Origin: Candidatus Saccharimonadota bacterium
Lineage (GTDB): Bacteria; Patescibacteriota; Saccharimonadia; Saccharimonadales; Saccharimonadaceae
Assembly (NCBI GenBank): GCA_016282495.1
Contig: JAEEKR010000036.1
Location: forward strand, 5,594 to 69,593
Direction: 5' to 3'
DNA: 64,000 bases
Shown here: piece by piece, positions 29,788-39,714 of the stretch
Layout: each line of letters opens with the position of its first letter
How positions within the stretch are numbered: the first letter of the stretch is position 1
Made by a program: the position numbers and the translations under genes
The notes under the pieces: generated by a model
Told to the model about the DNA's origin: nothing
The model's database searches: none
What the model saw: the letters and a program-made list of their open reading frames with translations, nothing else

Positions 29788-31962
29788 ATGGATATAATTA
29801 ATCCAAGTGGTAAGAAGACTACAGAGGTCTCAACTGATTTTTGTGGCCGTAAACTTACATTAGAAGTTAATCGTGTGGGGTTTAGAACTACTTCGTCTGT
29901 ACTCGTAAAATACGGCGATACAGTCGTTTTGGGTTCGGTTGTAGTTGGCACGAAGCCAGTTGTACAAGACTTTTTCCCTTTATCAATTGATTATGAAGAA
30001 AAATATTATGCAGCAGGAAAAATTTCTGGTTCAAAGTTTATTAAGCGTGAAGGCAAGCCAAGTGATGATGCAGTGCTAATTGGTCGCTTGATCGATCGCC
30101 CAATTCGTCCTCTATTTCCTAAGGGTTATCGCCAAGAAGTACAGGTAGTAACCACGGTTCTTTCGATGGATCCTAGCTTCCGCCCAGATGTAGTAGCCAT
30201 GCTCGCTGCTTCAGCGGCTCTTATGAACGCTGGTGTACCATTTGACGGGCCAGTGGCTGGCCTTAGAATTGGCCGCGTGAATGGGGAATTTAAGGCGTTC
30301 CTTAGCCCAGAAGAAAGGGAAAAGTCTGCACTTGATCTCGTGGTGGCCTGTAAAGACGGCAAGGTTGTGATGGTTGAAGCTGGTGCAAAAGAAGTGCCAG
30401 AAGAGATGATTATTGAGGCGATGCATTGGGCAGTTGAGAATGTTCAACCTGCGCTTGATTTACAGAGAAAATTAAGAGATATCGTAAAACCTGTAGAACA
30501 AGAATATGAGTTAGTTTTGCCTGATGAAGACATTCAGAAGAAGGTTGACGAATGGTGTGATGGCAAGTTTGGCGATAAGGTACGCGGAAATGTGCTTGAG
30601 CGCGCTCAGATTCTTGACGATCTTAAATATCAGATGCATGATGAATTTGCTTTGGAGCTTGGTGAGGGTGAAACAGATAACGAAAAAGTTGAATGGTATG
30701 ATGAGAACTTGCGCGATAAATACAATCAAGCCTTTGAGCTGGCAGTGCATCACGAAGTGCGCCGCTCGATCGTGGAAGACGGCGTTCGTCCAGATGGTCG
30801 CAAAACTACAGAGGTGCGTCCACTTTCTTCACAGGTTGGAATTTTGCCAAGAACTCACGGTTCGTCTCTATTTACGCGTGGTGTAACCCAGGCGATGAAC
30901 ATCGTAACACTAGCTCCACTTTCATTTGGACAAGTAGTCGATACGATGGAGAAAACCGATGAAGTGCGCCGCTATATGCATCACTATAATGCGCCAGCTT
31001 ATACGGTTGGTGAATGTGGAAGAATCGGTTCTCCTGGACGCCGTGAGGTCGGGCACGGATATCTTGCAGAACGCGCATTGATTCCAGTACTTCCAAGTGA
31101 GGAAGATTTTCCGTATGCAATTCGCTCGGTAACAGAGATTATGTCTCAGAACGGTTCAACTTCAATGGCTGCAACCTGTTCTTCATGTCTTGCCTTGATG
31201 GATGCTGGCGTGCCTCTAATTCGCCCAGTTTCTGGTGTAGCGATGGGTCTTATGGTGGATGTGCCTAAAGGTCAAGATATTACTGCTAAAGATATTGATA
31301 AGGCCTATGTGTTGACTGACTTGATGGATGCAGAGGATTTTGCAGGCGATATGGACTTTAAGGTAACTGGTACGACTGAAGGTGTGACGGCGCTTCAGAT
31401 GGATATGAAAGTGCATGGTCTTCCAGTTGAGATTTTGGAGAAAGCGATTAAACAATCTCATGACGGCAGAATGTTTATTTTGGAACACATGCTTTCGGTG
31501 ATCCCAGAACCTAGAAAAGAAATTTCGAAGTACGCACCACGTATCGAGAAGTTGATGGTTAACCCAGATAAAATTGGGGCAATTATTGGTAAAGGCGGGG
31601 AAACCATTAATAAAATTACCTCTGAAACTGGCGCAATGGTGGACATCGAAGATTCTGGACTTGTGACGGTTTCTGGTAATGATAATGAAGCTATCAAGAA
31701 AGCGCTTGATTGGGTGAAATCACTCGTTGAAGAGCCAGAAGTAGGGAAGATTTATGAAGGTACCGTGGTGTCGATTAAGGACTTTGGCGCGTTTGTAAAT
31801 ATTCTTCAAGGTGTTGACGGTATGCTCCACGTTTCTCAAATTTCAGACAAGAGAATTGCTAATGTGGCTGATGTGCTTAAAGTTGGGCAAAAGGTAAGAG
31901 TAAGGCTTACTGCGATTGATGATAAGGGAAGATTGTCTTTATCGATGAGAAATTTAGACTAA
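29788..31962 (+). CDS. pnp: Polyribonucleotide nucleotidyltransferase
   Basis: FFPLSIDYEEK.YAAGKI, RTHGSSLFTRG, GDMDFKV, KH and S1 domains. Confidence 0.97.
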   Translation: MDIINPSGKKTTEVSTDFCGRKLTLEVNRVGFRTTSSVLVKYGDTVVLGSVVVGTKPVVQDFFPLSIDYEEKYYAAGKISGSKFIKREGKPSDDAVLIGRLIDRPIRPLFPKGYRQEVQVVTTVLSMDPSFRPDVVAMLAASAALMNAGVPFDGPVAGLRIGRVNGEFKAFLSPEEREKSALDLVVACKDGKVVMVEAGAKEVPEEMIIEAMHWAVENVQPALDLQRKLRDIVKPVEQEYELVLPDEDIQKKVDEWCDGKFGDKVRGNVLERAQILDDLKYQMHDEFALELGEGETDNEKVEWYDENLRDKYNQAFELAVHHEVRRSIVEDGVRPDGRKTTEVRPLSSQVGILPRTHGSSLFTRGVTQAMNIVTLAPLSFGQVVDTMEKTDEVRRYMHHYNAPAYTVGECGRIGSPGRREVGHGYLAERALIPVLPSEEDFPYAIRSVTEIMSQNGSTSMAATCSSCLALMDAGVPLIRPVSGVAMGLMVDVPKGQDITAKDIDKAYVLTDLMDAEDFAGDMDFKVTGTTEGVTALQMDMKVHGLPVEILEKAIKQSHDGRMFILEHMLSVIPEPRKEISKYAPRIEKLMVNPDKIGAIIGKGGETINKITSETGAMVDIEDSGLVTVSGNDNEAIKKALDWVKSLVEEPEVGKIYEGTVVSIKDFGAFVNILQGVDGMLHVSQISDKRIANVADVLKVGQKVRVRLTAIDDKGRLSLSMRNLD

Positions 31963-31975
31963 TGCTGTGGTAAGT

Positions 31976-32051
31976 CACCAGAACAATCTTTTTGAGTTAG
32001 CGCTCCGGGGCGCTAGCCCAAGTCTTACTAACTCAAAAAGATATTCTGGTG
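31976..32051. repeat. Long intergenic inverted repeat with GC-rich core between pnp and ftsK
   Basis: CACCAGAACAATCTTTTTGAGTTAG / CTAACTCAAAAAGATATTCTGGTG around the core GCGCTCCGGGGCGCTA. Confidence 0.75.
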
Positions 32052-32097
32052 TTATAGCTAATACTTGATATTCTGATGTGGTATAATAAAAGAAGTT

Positions 32098-34317
32098 ATG
32101 GCAAAATCTAGGAGAAATAGTAGAAGAAAGACCAAAGAGGCGCCTAAAAAACACGAACTTCCAGGAGGTTTTTGGCGACAGGTAATTGCTGTTTTGATGG
32201 TAGTTATAGCCATTATGCTGGTAATGACTTGGTTTGGTGAGGGTGGAAACTTATTAAATATGATTCATGTTGGCGCAAATAACCTGCTTGGGTATGCAGA
32301 GTATTTCTTGCCGTTACTTTTGGCGTATCTAGCGGTAATGATATTTAGAAGTGATGATAATAGGCTTCCAGTGGCAGTCTGGATCGCTTCAATTTTAATG
32401 GTCTTCTGGATAGCAGGGATTGCTGGCCTTCCGTCTGAAGGAGAACATCATACCGGTGGGATGCTTGGTACGTGGCTAAACTCTCTAGCTACACAGTTTT
32501 TGGATAGGGGTGTAGCAGTGTTTATTTATGTTGTATTAATTTTCATAACTGCGATATTTATTTTACAGATTAGTCCTGCAGCAGTATTTAGGGCGATTGG
32601 CGGTCTGCTTAAAGGGACAAAAAAGAACGAAGATGATGAAAACCTCAAAATGGCGCGTGCTGCAGAAAGTAAGGGCGGTAAAGGGCTTGATCTTAGAGTC
32701 AATTCTGGGGTGGCGGTATCTGATTCGGTTGCGAAAAAGGGTAAAGTCGCGCCGGTAAAACCGGCAGCAGCGGCTCCAGCGCCAGAGAAAGCTTTGGTGT
32801 CGATTAGCGATCCAGATTGGAAAATGCCGTCGATTGATTTGTTAGAGAAAAAACAGTCTCCGGCGGATGCAGGGAATATTCAGCAAAATGCCTATACAAT
32901 TCAAAATACTCTGGCTGACTTTGGTATTGAAGTCGAGATGGAAGGGGCGAACATTGGACCAAGAGTTACGCAGTATACGATGAAACCGCCAGCAGGGGTG
33001 AATTTGTCAAAGATTTTGGCCCATGATAAGGAGTTGGCACTTAGTTTGGCAGTGAAAAAGGTGCGTATTGAGGCGCCGATTCCTGGAACGAGACTCGTTG
33101 GCGTGGAAATTCCAAATGTGAAAGCGGCCGATGTGAGACTTCGCTCTATTTTAGAAAGTGACGAATGGAAGGAAGCAACAGATCCATTGACTTTTGCGGT
33201 TGGTAAAGACATTTCTGGTAAGGCCGTGGTAGGGAATTTGGCAAAAATGCCACACCTTCTTATCGCTGGTACTACTGGTTCTGGTAAGTCAGTTATGACA
33301 AACACGATGATTGTATCTCTTCTTTATCGTAATTCGCCAAGCGACCTTAAACTTATCGTGATTGATCCAAAACAAGTGGAAATGGTGCAATACTCTGATA
33401 TTCCGCACCTTCTTACGCCGATTATTACAGATACAGGTAAGGCAGTTTCGGCACTTAGGTGGGCAGTAAACGAGATGGAGAGACGCTATAAACTTCTTTC
33501 GGAAGAAAGAGTGAAAAATATCGTTGAATACAACAAGAAGATGGAGAGTGGTAAGGGTAAAGTTTCTGTTATGGATGAAGATGGTAATGAGCAAAAGCAC
33601 GACGGTGGAAAGATGCCATATATCGTGATTGTGGTAGATGAGATGAGTGATCTCATGATGCAGGCAGCAAAGGAGCTAGAGCCTTCGATTGTGCGTGTAG
33701 CACAAAAAGGGCGCGCAGCGGGGCTACATTTGGTACTCGCAACACAGAAACCGATCGTAAAGGTGGTAACGGGCTTGATTAAAGGTAACGTGCCGGCTAG
33801 GATTTCGTTTGCGGTGCAAAGTACTACTGACTCTATCGTGATGCTTGACCGTGGTGGTGCCGAAAAATTGCTTGGTTCTGGTGATATGTTGATGCTCACA
33901 ACTGAGATGCAAGGTACGCCAAGGCGTATTCAGGGCGCGTGGGTATCTGATGAGGAAGAAGAAAAGGTGGCAGATTTCTTGAAGATGCAACGACCGCCAG
34001 AATATAATGCCGATGTGGTGGCACAGGAAGTAAATATTAGAGGCATTGGGCCGGCTGATGGCGGTTCGATTGGCGATCTTGGCAGAAAATATGATCCAAA
34101 TGATCCGGTTGTGCGCAAGGCTGTAGAAATCTCACTAGCAAAAGGCCGCTTTTCGACGGCAATGTTGCAAACGTATCTCGGGAAAGGGCATGGTTTTGTG
34201 TCCGGTCTTGCAATTTGGTTTGAAGAAATTGGGGTGATTGGCCAGGCAAATGGCAACAAACCAAGAGAAGTTTTGATCTCTTCGATGGAAGAATTTGACC
34301 AGCTTGCAAATAGTTAA
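32098..34317 (+). CDS. ftsK: DNA translocase FtsK
   Basis: N-terminal TMs, IEAPIPG, PHLLIAGTTGSGKS, DEMSDLM, GAEKLLG.GDML, gamma domain. Confidence 0.96.
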   Translation: MAKSRRNSRRKTKEAPKKHELPGGFWRQVIAVLMVVIAIMLVMTWFGEGGNLLNMIHVGANNLLGYAEYFLPLLLAYLAVMIFRSDDNRLPVAVWIASILMVFWIAGIAGLPSEGEHHTGGMLGTWLNSLATQFLDRGVAVFIYVVLIFITAIFILQISPAAVFRAIGGLLKGTKKNEDDENLKMARAAESKGGKGLDLRVNSGVAVSDSVAKKGKVAPVKPAAAAPAPEKALVSISDPDWKMPSIDLLEKKQSPADAGNIQQNAYTIQNTLADFGIEVEMEGANIGPRVTQYTMKPPAGVNLSKILAHDKELALSLAVKKVRIEAPIPGTRLVGVEIPNVKAADVRLRSILESDEWKEATDPLTFAVGKDISGKAVVGNLAKMPHLLIAGTTGSGKSVMTNTMIVSLLYRNSPSDLKLIVIDPKQVEMVQYSDIPHLLTPIITDTGKAVSALRWAVNEMERRYKLLSEERVKNIVEYNKKMESGKGKVSVMDEDGNEQKHDGGKMPYIVIVVDEMSDLMMQAAKELEPSIVRVAQKGRAAGLHLVLATQKPIVKVVTGLIKGNVPARISFAVQSTTDSIVMLDRGGAEKLLGSGDMLMLTTEMQGTPRRIQGAWVSDEEEEKVADFLKMQRPPEYNADVVAQEVNIRGIGPADGGSIGDLGRKYDPNDPVVRKAVEISLAKGRFSTAMLQTYLGKGHGFVSGLAIWFEEIGVIGQANGNKPREVLISSMEEFDQLANS

Positions 34318-34398
34318 AATATTTGGTATAATTTTTTGTACAATATTAGCTCAGTAAACGGGCATAGTCCGCGTTTACTTTAACCAAAGGAGTGTGTA

Positions 34399-34749
34399 AT
34401 GAAAAATTACGAACTTACTGTTCTATTTCACCCTGATCTAGAGATGAATTTAGAACCAGCCACTACTAAGGTCAAGGAATTGATCGAAGCCAACGGTGGC
34501 AAAATCACCAAGGAAACTAACGAAGGGAAGAAGAAGCTTGCTTATTCTATCAATAAACAAGATTTCGCTGTTTATTTCTTCTATGAATTAGAGCTTCCTG
34601 CAGCAGCACCAGCAAAAATTTCAAGCGTGCTAAACATCACAGACGAAGTTTTGCGTTATCTGCTCGTAACTGTTGACGAACGCAAAGCCAAACTCGCTGC
34701 CAAACGTGGCGAAGATAAAGAAGAAGAAAGCGATAAGGAGGAAGAATAA
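34399..34749 (+). CDS. rpsF: 30S ribosomal protein S6
   Basis: MKNYEL...HPD, G.KKLAY.I.K, DEVLRYL. Confidence 0.96.
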   Translation: MKNYELTVLFHPDLEMNLEPATTKVKELIEANGGKITKETNEGKKKLAYSINKQDFAVYFFYELELPAAAPAKISSVLNITDEVLRYLLVTVDERKAKLAAKRGEDKEEESDKEEE

Positions 34750-35186
34750 TGCGCGGATTTAGCAAAGCAATCATCACTGGTAATTTAACTCGTGATCCAG
34801 AACTTAGAACAACACCAAACGGTTCATCTGTTTGTAGCTTTTCAGTAGCAGTAAATCGTGTTTATCGCGATTCTGCTGGTAACCAACAAGAAGATGTTTC
34901 GTTTATCGACTGTTCTGCTTGGGGTAAACTTGGCGAAATGATCGGTCAATATGCCAAAAAAGGTTCTGGTGTGCTTGTCTCTGGTAGACTAGATCAACGC
35001 AGCTGGGAAGATAAAAACTCTGGCTCAAAGCGCTCACGTGTCGAAATTGTTGTAGAGGATTTCAACTTCTTAACCGCAAATAACGACCGTGATGGCGGTA
35101 AAGCTGTATCCGCAAAGGAAGAACCAGCTGATGTAATCCCAGAAGACGTTCCAGATGAAATTGATCTTTCGGAGATTCCATTCTAA
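34749..35186 (+). CDS. ssb: Single-stranded DNA-binding protein
   Basis: GNLTRDPELR, C-terminal DLSEIPF. Confidence 0.97.
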   Translation: MRGFSKAIITGNLTRDPELRTTPNGSSVCSFSVAVNRVYRDSAGNQQEDVSFIDCSAWGKLGEMIGQYAKKGSGVLVSGRLDQRSWEDKNSGSKRSRVEIVVEDFNFLTANNDRDGGKAVSAKEEPADVIPEDVPDEIDLSEIPF

Positions 35187-35205
35187 GGAAAAATAAAGGA
35201 GAGTT

Positions 35206-35403
35206 ATGAAAAAATTTAAAAATGATGCAAATATCTATTTCGATTATCGCGATGTAAAAACTTTACAACGCTACATTGATGCTTATGGCCGTATTGAGCC
35301 AATTGCAAAAACTGGTCTTTCTGCTAAACAACAGAGACAACTTGCTGTTGCAATTAAGCGCGCACGCCATCTAGCACTATTACCGTTTGTCGCTAGCAAC
35401 TAG
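35206..35403 (+). CDS. rpsR: 30S ribosomal protein S18
   Basis: DYRDV..L..YI...GRI....TG.SAKQQR.LA.AIKRAR.LALLPF. Confidence 0.97.
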   Translation: MKKFKNDANIYFDYRDVKTLQRYIDAYGRIEPIAKTGLSAKQQRQLAVAIKRARHLALLPFVASN

Positions 35404-35411
35404 GAGCTCAT

Positions 35412-35972
35412 ATGTACGGACCAACTGATTTAAAGAAAAATGTGCTTATCACTTTGGATGGACAACCGTACAAGGTGGTGGAATATTCTCAAAAAGTTAT
35501 GGGTCGTGGTGGCTCGATTGTAAACGTGAAAGTAAAAAATTTGATCACGGGCGCACTTCTTCCAAAGACTTTTAAAGGTCAAGAGAAGATTGAACCAGCC
35601 GAAGTTACTACGCGTAAAGTCCAATATCTCTATAAAGACGATGAAAAATTCTATTTCATGGATCCAGAGAGCTTTGAACAATATGAGCTTAGCGCCGATA
35701 TGGTGGGTGACATGAAAGATTTTATGCGCGATGGCGATGAAATGGATATCCAATTCTACAACGGCACCGCAATTAACTTGGTTTTGCCAAAAAATCTTTG
35801 GCTTAAAGTCACCTATACAGAGACGGCAGTTAAGGGCGATACCTCTACTTCTATTACGAAGGATGCAACGCTTGAAACTGGCGTGGTGATTAAAGTTCCA
35901 GCATTTATTAAGACAGGCGATATTGTATCAGTGGATACTGAGACCTATGCATACAGGGAACGCAAAAAATAG
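35412..35972 (+). CDS. efp: Elongation factor P
   Basis: QYLY.D...FYFMD.E.FEQ, KGDT, LETG..I.VP.FI..GD...VDT. Confidence 0.96.
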   Translation: MYGPTDLKKNVLITLDGQPYKVVEYSQKVMGRGGSIVNVKVKNLITGALLPKTFKGQEKIEPAEVTTRKVQYLYKDDEKFYFMDPESFEQYELSADMVGDMKDFMRDGDEMDIQFYNGTAINLVLPKNLWLKVTYTETAVKGDTSTSITKDATLETGVVIKVPAFIKTGDIVSVDTETYAYRERKK

Positions 35973-36573
35973 CCTAGTTAGTAGGGCAGGAGAAAAGCTT
36001 GCGGGGGCGGCGCAGGCTTTTTCTTATGATTTTCGCGGCAAAACAGTGCTTGATATTGGTTCTTCGACAGGTGGTTTTACGGAAGTTGCTTTAAAAATGG
36101 GAGCAGAGCGAATTTTTGCAGTTGAAAAAGGTACAAAGCAGATGAAAGCTCCGCTTCGTTTTGATCCTAAAATTTCGCTTTATGAAAAGACGGATATTTT
36201 TGATACGGCGGTGTCGGAAAAAGATTTTTTAGTAGGAGATGAGAAAAAACAGGAAACTAGAAAGTCTCTTTTTGATACTATTGTGGCGGATGTTTCGTTT
36301 GTGAGCTTGACAAAAGTACTTGCTTATGCTAAAATGTATTTAGCATGTCGCGAGACGGACTTCTTAGTTATGTTGAAACCGCAATTTGAAGCGGACGAAA
36401 AACAGTTAAATAGAGGTGTAGTGAAAAACGAGAAAATTAGACGAGAAATAATTTTTTCGTTTGAAAAGTGGCTAAAAAGCCATGGATTTTTGATCGTTAA
36501 AAAACGAGATAATACGCTCGCAGGAAAAAACGGTAATGTTGAGCGATTTTATTGGTTAAAAATCGCAAAATAA
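35947..36573 (+). CDS. tlyA: TlyA-family RNA methyltransferase lacking the N-terminal S4 domain
   Basis: VSRAGEKL, LDIGSSTGGFT, DVSFVSL, LKPQFEA, G..GNVE. Confidence 0.85.
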   Translation: MHTGNAKNSLVSRAGEKLAGAAQAFSYDFRGKTVLDIGSSTGGFTEVALKMGAERIFAVEKGTKQMKAPLRFDPKISLYEKTDIFDTAVSEKDFLVGDEKKQETRKSLFDTIVADVSFVSLTKVLAYAKMYLACRETDFLVMLKPQFEADEKQLNRGVVKNEKIRREIIFSFEKWLKSHGFLIVKKRDNTLAGKNGNVERFYWLKIAK

Positions 36574-36612
36574 TTGTTGACCTTGATTAAACTTATGTTT
36601 ATAATATAGGGT

Positions 36613-37662
36613 ATGAACTTATTACATGGTGTGGGCGATTTCTTTGCACTAGATATCGGAACTAGTTCGCTGAGGTTAGTGCAGCTTTCTGGTGATGCTA
36701 AGAGGGGCTGGTCTTTACAGCGCTATGCGTATGTGCCAGTTGATCCAGGAGTGATTCAAGATAGTAGTGATTTGGGAAAGAAGAAATTAGGTGAAATTAT
36801 TTTGGGCGCAATTGAACAATCTGGAATTAGGACAAAAAATGTAGCAATTGGTATGCCGGCGGAAAAAACCTATACGGCAATTATTGAAGTGCCAAATCAA
36901 TCTGAGAAGGAGCTAGATAAAACTATTAAGTATGAATTAGATCAGTACATTCCAATGGCAGCTGATGAAGCCAAGGCGGATTATGCACTTTTAGGTGTTA
37001 GTCCAAATGATCCATCCAAGGCGGAAGTTTTGATTTCTTCTACGGCGATTGAATATGCTGAGCAGAGGATGGAAATGGTTGAGTCTTTGGGACTTAATGT
37101 GATTGCACAGGAGCCTGAGTCTTTGGCGATGGCACGCGCTTTGATGCCGGTGGATGCGATGGATGCAAGAATGATTGTGGATCTTGGCGAAAAAGCAACA
37201 GACCTTGCAGTTGTTTATAAGGGTGCACCAAGACTTATTCGTTCAGTGGCGGGCGGTATGACCTCGCTTGTGAGAACTGTGGCTTCTACTTTGAATGTTA
37301 AGGAAGATCAAGCTAGACAATTTATCATGAAATTTGGTTTGGCACAGGATAAGGTGGAGGGGCAAGTGTTTAAAGCGCTTGACTCGGTACTTGAAAACTT
37401 TGCATCTGAACTTTCTCGATCGGTGAGATTTTTCCAACAGAAATATGTCAATGTGAAGGTGGGCGGGATTGTGCTTTCTGGTTTTGCTGGGGCAATTCCA
37501 TTTATGGCAGAATATATTGAAGCAAAAACTGGTGTGCCAAGTATTCAAGGTAATCCGTGGCAATTAGTGAGAGTTAGCCCAGATCAGCAAAAAGCGCTGC
37601 TTAGTGTTGCGAGTGAGTTTGCGGTAGTAATCGGACTTGCAGAGAGGAGCAATGAAAGATAA
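36613..37662 (+). CDS. pilM: Type IV pilus assembly protein PilM
   Basis: LDIGTSSL, actin-like fold, VDLG, LSG..G, first gene of the pilus operon. Confidence 0.93.
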   Translation: MNLLHGVGDFFALDIGTSSLRLVQLSGDAKRGWSLQRYAYVPVDPGVIQDSSDLGKKKLGEIILGAIEQSGIRTKNVAIGMPAEKTYTAIIEVPNQSEKELDKTIKYELDQYIPMAADEAKADYALLGVSPNDPSKAEVLISSTAIEYAEQRMEMVESLGLNVIAQEPESLAMARALMPVDAMDARMIVDLGEKATDLAVVYKGAPRLIRSVAGGMTSLVRTVASTLNVKEDQARQFIMKFGLAQDKVEGQVFKALDSVLENFASELSRSVRFFQQKYVNVKVGGIVLSGFAGAIPFMAEYIEAKTGVPSIQGNPWQLVRVSPDQQKALLSVASEFAVVIGLAERSNER

Positions 37663-38816
37663 TGTATGAGATAAATTTAGTACCAGATATTAAAGACCAG
37701 ATGATTAAAGCGCAAAGGGTGCGCAACTTCATATTTTTCATTTGTATTGTGGTGTCGGCGGCCGCGGTGGGTGTAGTTTTGCTTCTTTTGGTAGTGAAAG
37801 GCGCTCAGGATATTAAACTGTCTGGGCAGGATAAGAAGCTGGAACAGATGAGTTTAAAAGTCAACTCGTATAAGGATTTAAATGAATTGTTGACTTTACA
37901 AAACCAATTAAACAAGATTGATGAAATTAGCCAGAACAGAAAGGTATTCTCAAGAGTGTTTAGCATTATTAGTACACTTTTGCCAACGAGTGCGGATAAG
38001 ATTACCATTTCAGAACTGAATGTTAATTTAGGAGAGAACACATTGACTATTGACGGTCAGGCGGATGCAGGAGAGCAGCCAGATATTGATTTCCGTGTTC
38101 TTGAGACGTTTAAGAAAAATGTTTCTGTTATGAAATATGATTATGGTAGGTTTGTCGACAAAAACAATAACGAAATACCTACGAGATGCATCATTGAGTC
38201 TGACGAGAACGGGAATATATATAGAGATGGTAGTAGTGTTATAGTTTATTGGGATCGTGAAAAAAAAGGCTGTGACCCGTCTCGCAATGATGATGAAAAA
38301 GAAGAAACGAATGGTGAGGTCGCATTAGAGAGCGAAAACGATGAGAATACTGGTGTTACGGAAAAAAGCGAAATGGAAGTTATTTATCGTACTCCGAATT
38401 TTAACGAATGGTATGGTAATGGATATATGAAAACTGATGGCACAATTGAAAATATCCCGCATTTCGAGAGTAAATGTATTACATATACTGGTACGGGCGG
38501 TACTAAGGTAAAAGATATAAAATGGATTGTTAATAATAAATGTGATCTTGCAGTGGGCGATATTATTGTTATAGATGAGGATGAGACAACGAATGCAAGA
38601 GATGAAAATGGGAAATTAGTACTCAGATTTAGAGCTACAATTTATTTGAACGAAGATGTACTTTCTTTCCAAAATAAACACATGGTAGCGGTTGGGCCTT
38701 CCGGTAGACAAAACATGACCGACTCATATTTGCAGATTGGTGGAATGTTCGGAAAACGGGCTTCGGATTGCGCCGAGAATGATACGGAATGTTTAAATAA
38801 TCAGAAGAAATCATAA
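37662..38816 (+). CDS. pilN: PilN-like pilus alignment protein with Cys-rich insertion
   Basis: N-terminal EINLVP (PilM-binding INLLP-like motif), TM helix, coiled coil; follows pilM. Confidence 0.75.
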   Translation: MYEINLVPDIKDQMIKAQRVRNFIFFICIVVSAAAVGVVLLLLVVKGAQDIKLSGQDKKLEQMSLKVNSYKDLNELLTLQNQLNKIDEISQNRKVFSRVFSIISTLLPTSADKITISELNVNLGENTLTIDGQADAGEQPDIDFRVLETFKKNVSVMKYDYGRFVDKNNNEIPTRCIIESDENGNIYRDGSSVIVYWDREKKGCDPSRNDDEKEETNGEVALESENDENTGVTEKSEMEVIYRTPNFNEWYGNGYMKTDGTIENIPHFESKCITYTGTGGTKVKDIKWIVNNKCDLAVGDIIVIDEDETTNARDENGKLVLRFRATIYLNEDVLSFQNKHMVAVGPSGRQNMTDSYLQIGGMFGKRASDCAENDTECLNNQKKS

Positions 38817-38826
38817 GGAGAATGAT

Positions 38827-39714
38827 ATGGCACAAGAGGTAGCGATAGGAAAGAGACTAAAGATATCTAAGGCGCAGCAAAATATGCTTCTTGCGGTTGC
38901 GGGGGCATCAATTGTGCTTGGCGTGGGTATTGTTTTTTCGATATGGCTGATAAAATATATTTTCTTTAATATGAAAGTAATTGATGCTAAGGATGTTGCA
39001 ATTTCAGAGTATAATGAGGTGATTAAAGTTACTGGGGCATGCAAGACACCAGCGGCGAGTAGTGGACTTTATTCTGACACTGAAATTGAAAACTGCGATC
39101 CAAATAACGATCCTTCTACCGATGAGAATACTTTGAGGTATAAAATATTGGCTGAAATGGCAAAGAATAATGATTTGGAGTCAGTTGCGCGTGAAGGTGT
39201 ACCACGTTGTTATGATGATAATGGCGATAGGATGAGCTATGATTATATTTATGAGCAATATGAGAAAGCTGAAAGTGACGAGATAAAGGAGTGGTGGCTA
39301 GACACTATCAGAAGTTGTTCGGCGTTGCGCGTGATTCCGGATGCTTTGCCTTCAGTCGAAAATGATGAAGCATTACTCGCTAGCTTAAACCAATTGTTCA
39401 TTTATTCTGGTTGGGAACCAGAATCTTTGAGTCGCGGTCAGAATGAAGAAATTAGTGAAGAGTTGATAATCGAAGGACTTAATACTATTCCTGTTTCTCT
39501 TTCTTTAAAGACGAATAGTAGAACGATACTAAATGTTTTAGGGAAAATTGAGCGATCGATTCGTGAATTCGCAATTAATAAGGCATCGGTCAAATGGGAA
39601 AGTGAGGGTACGCTTGAGCTAGAGGCTGACGCTATGGCATATTATATTGACCCAACCACCATTGAAGAAGAGACTAGGGAAGTAAGAGCTTCAAGCGGAA
39701 GGAGAAGTCAATGA
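38827..39714 (+). CDS. PilO-like pilus alignment protein
   Basis: TM helix, ectodomain, C-terminal L..IERSIR.F.I; positioned after pilN. Confidence 0.65.
   Translation: MAQEVAIGKRLKISKAQQNMLLAVAGASIVLGVGIVFSIWLIKYIFFNMKVIDAKDVAISEYNEVIKVTGACKTPAASSGLYSDTEIENCDPNNDPSTDENTLRYKILAEMAKNNDLESVAREGVPRCYDDNGDRMSYDYIYEQYEKAESDEIKEWWLDTIRSCSALRVIPDALPSVENDEALLASLNQLFIYSGWEPESLSRGQNEEISEELIIEGLNTIPVSLSLKTNSRTILNVLGKIERSIREFAINKASVKWESEGTLELEADAMAYYIDPTTIEEETREVRASSGRRSQ

Noticed and set aside
34350-34398. Hairpin in the rpsF leader as an S6:S18 regulatory RNA
   Set aside because: A stem is visible (AGTAAACG/CGTTTACT), but I cannot confirm the conserved motif without an Rfam search.
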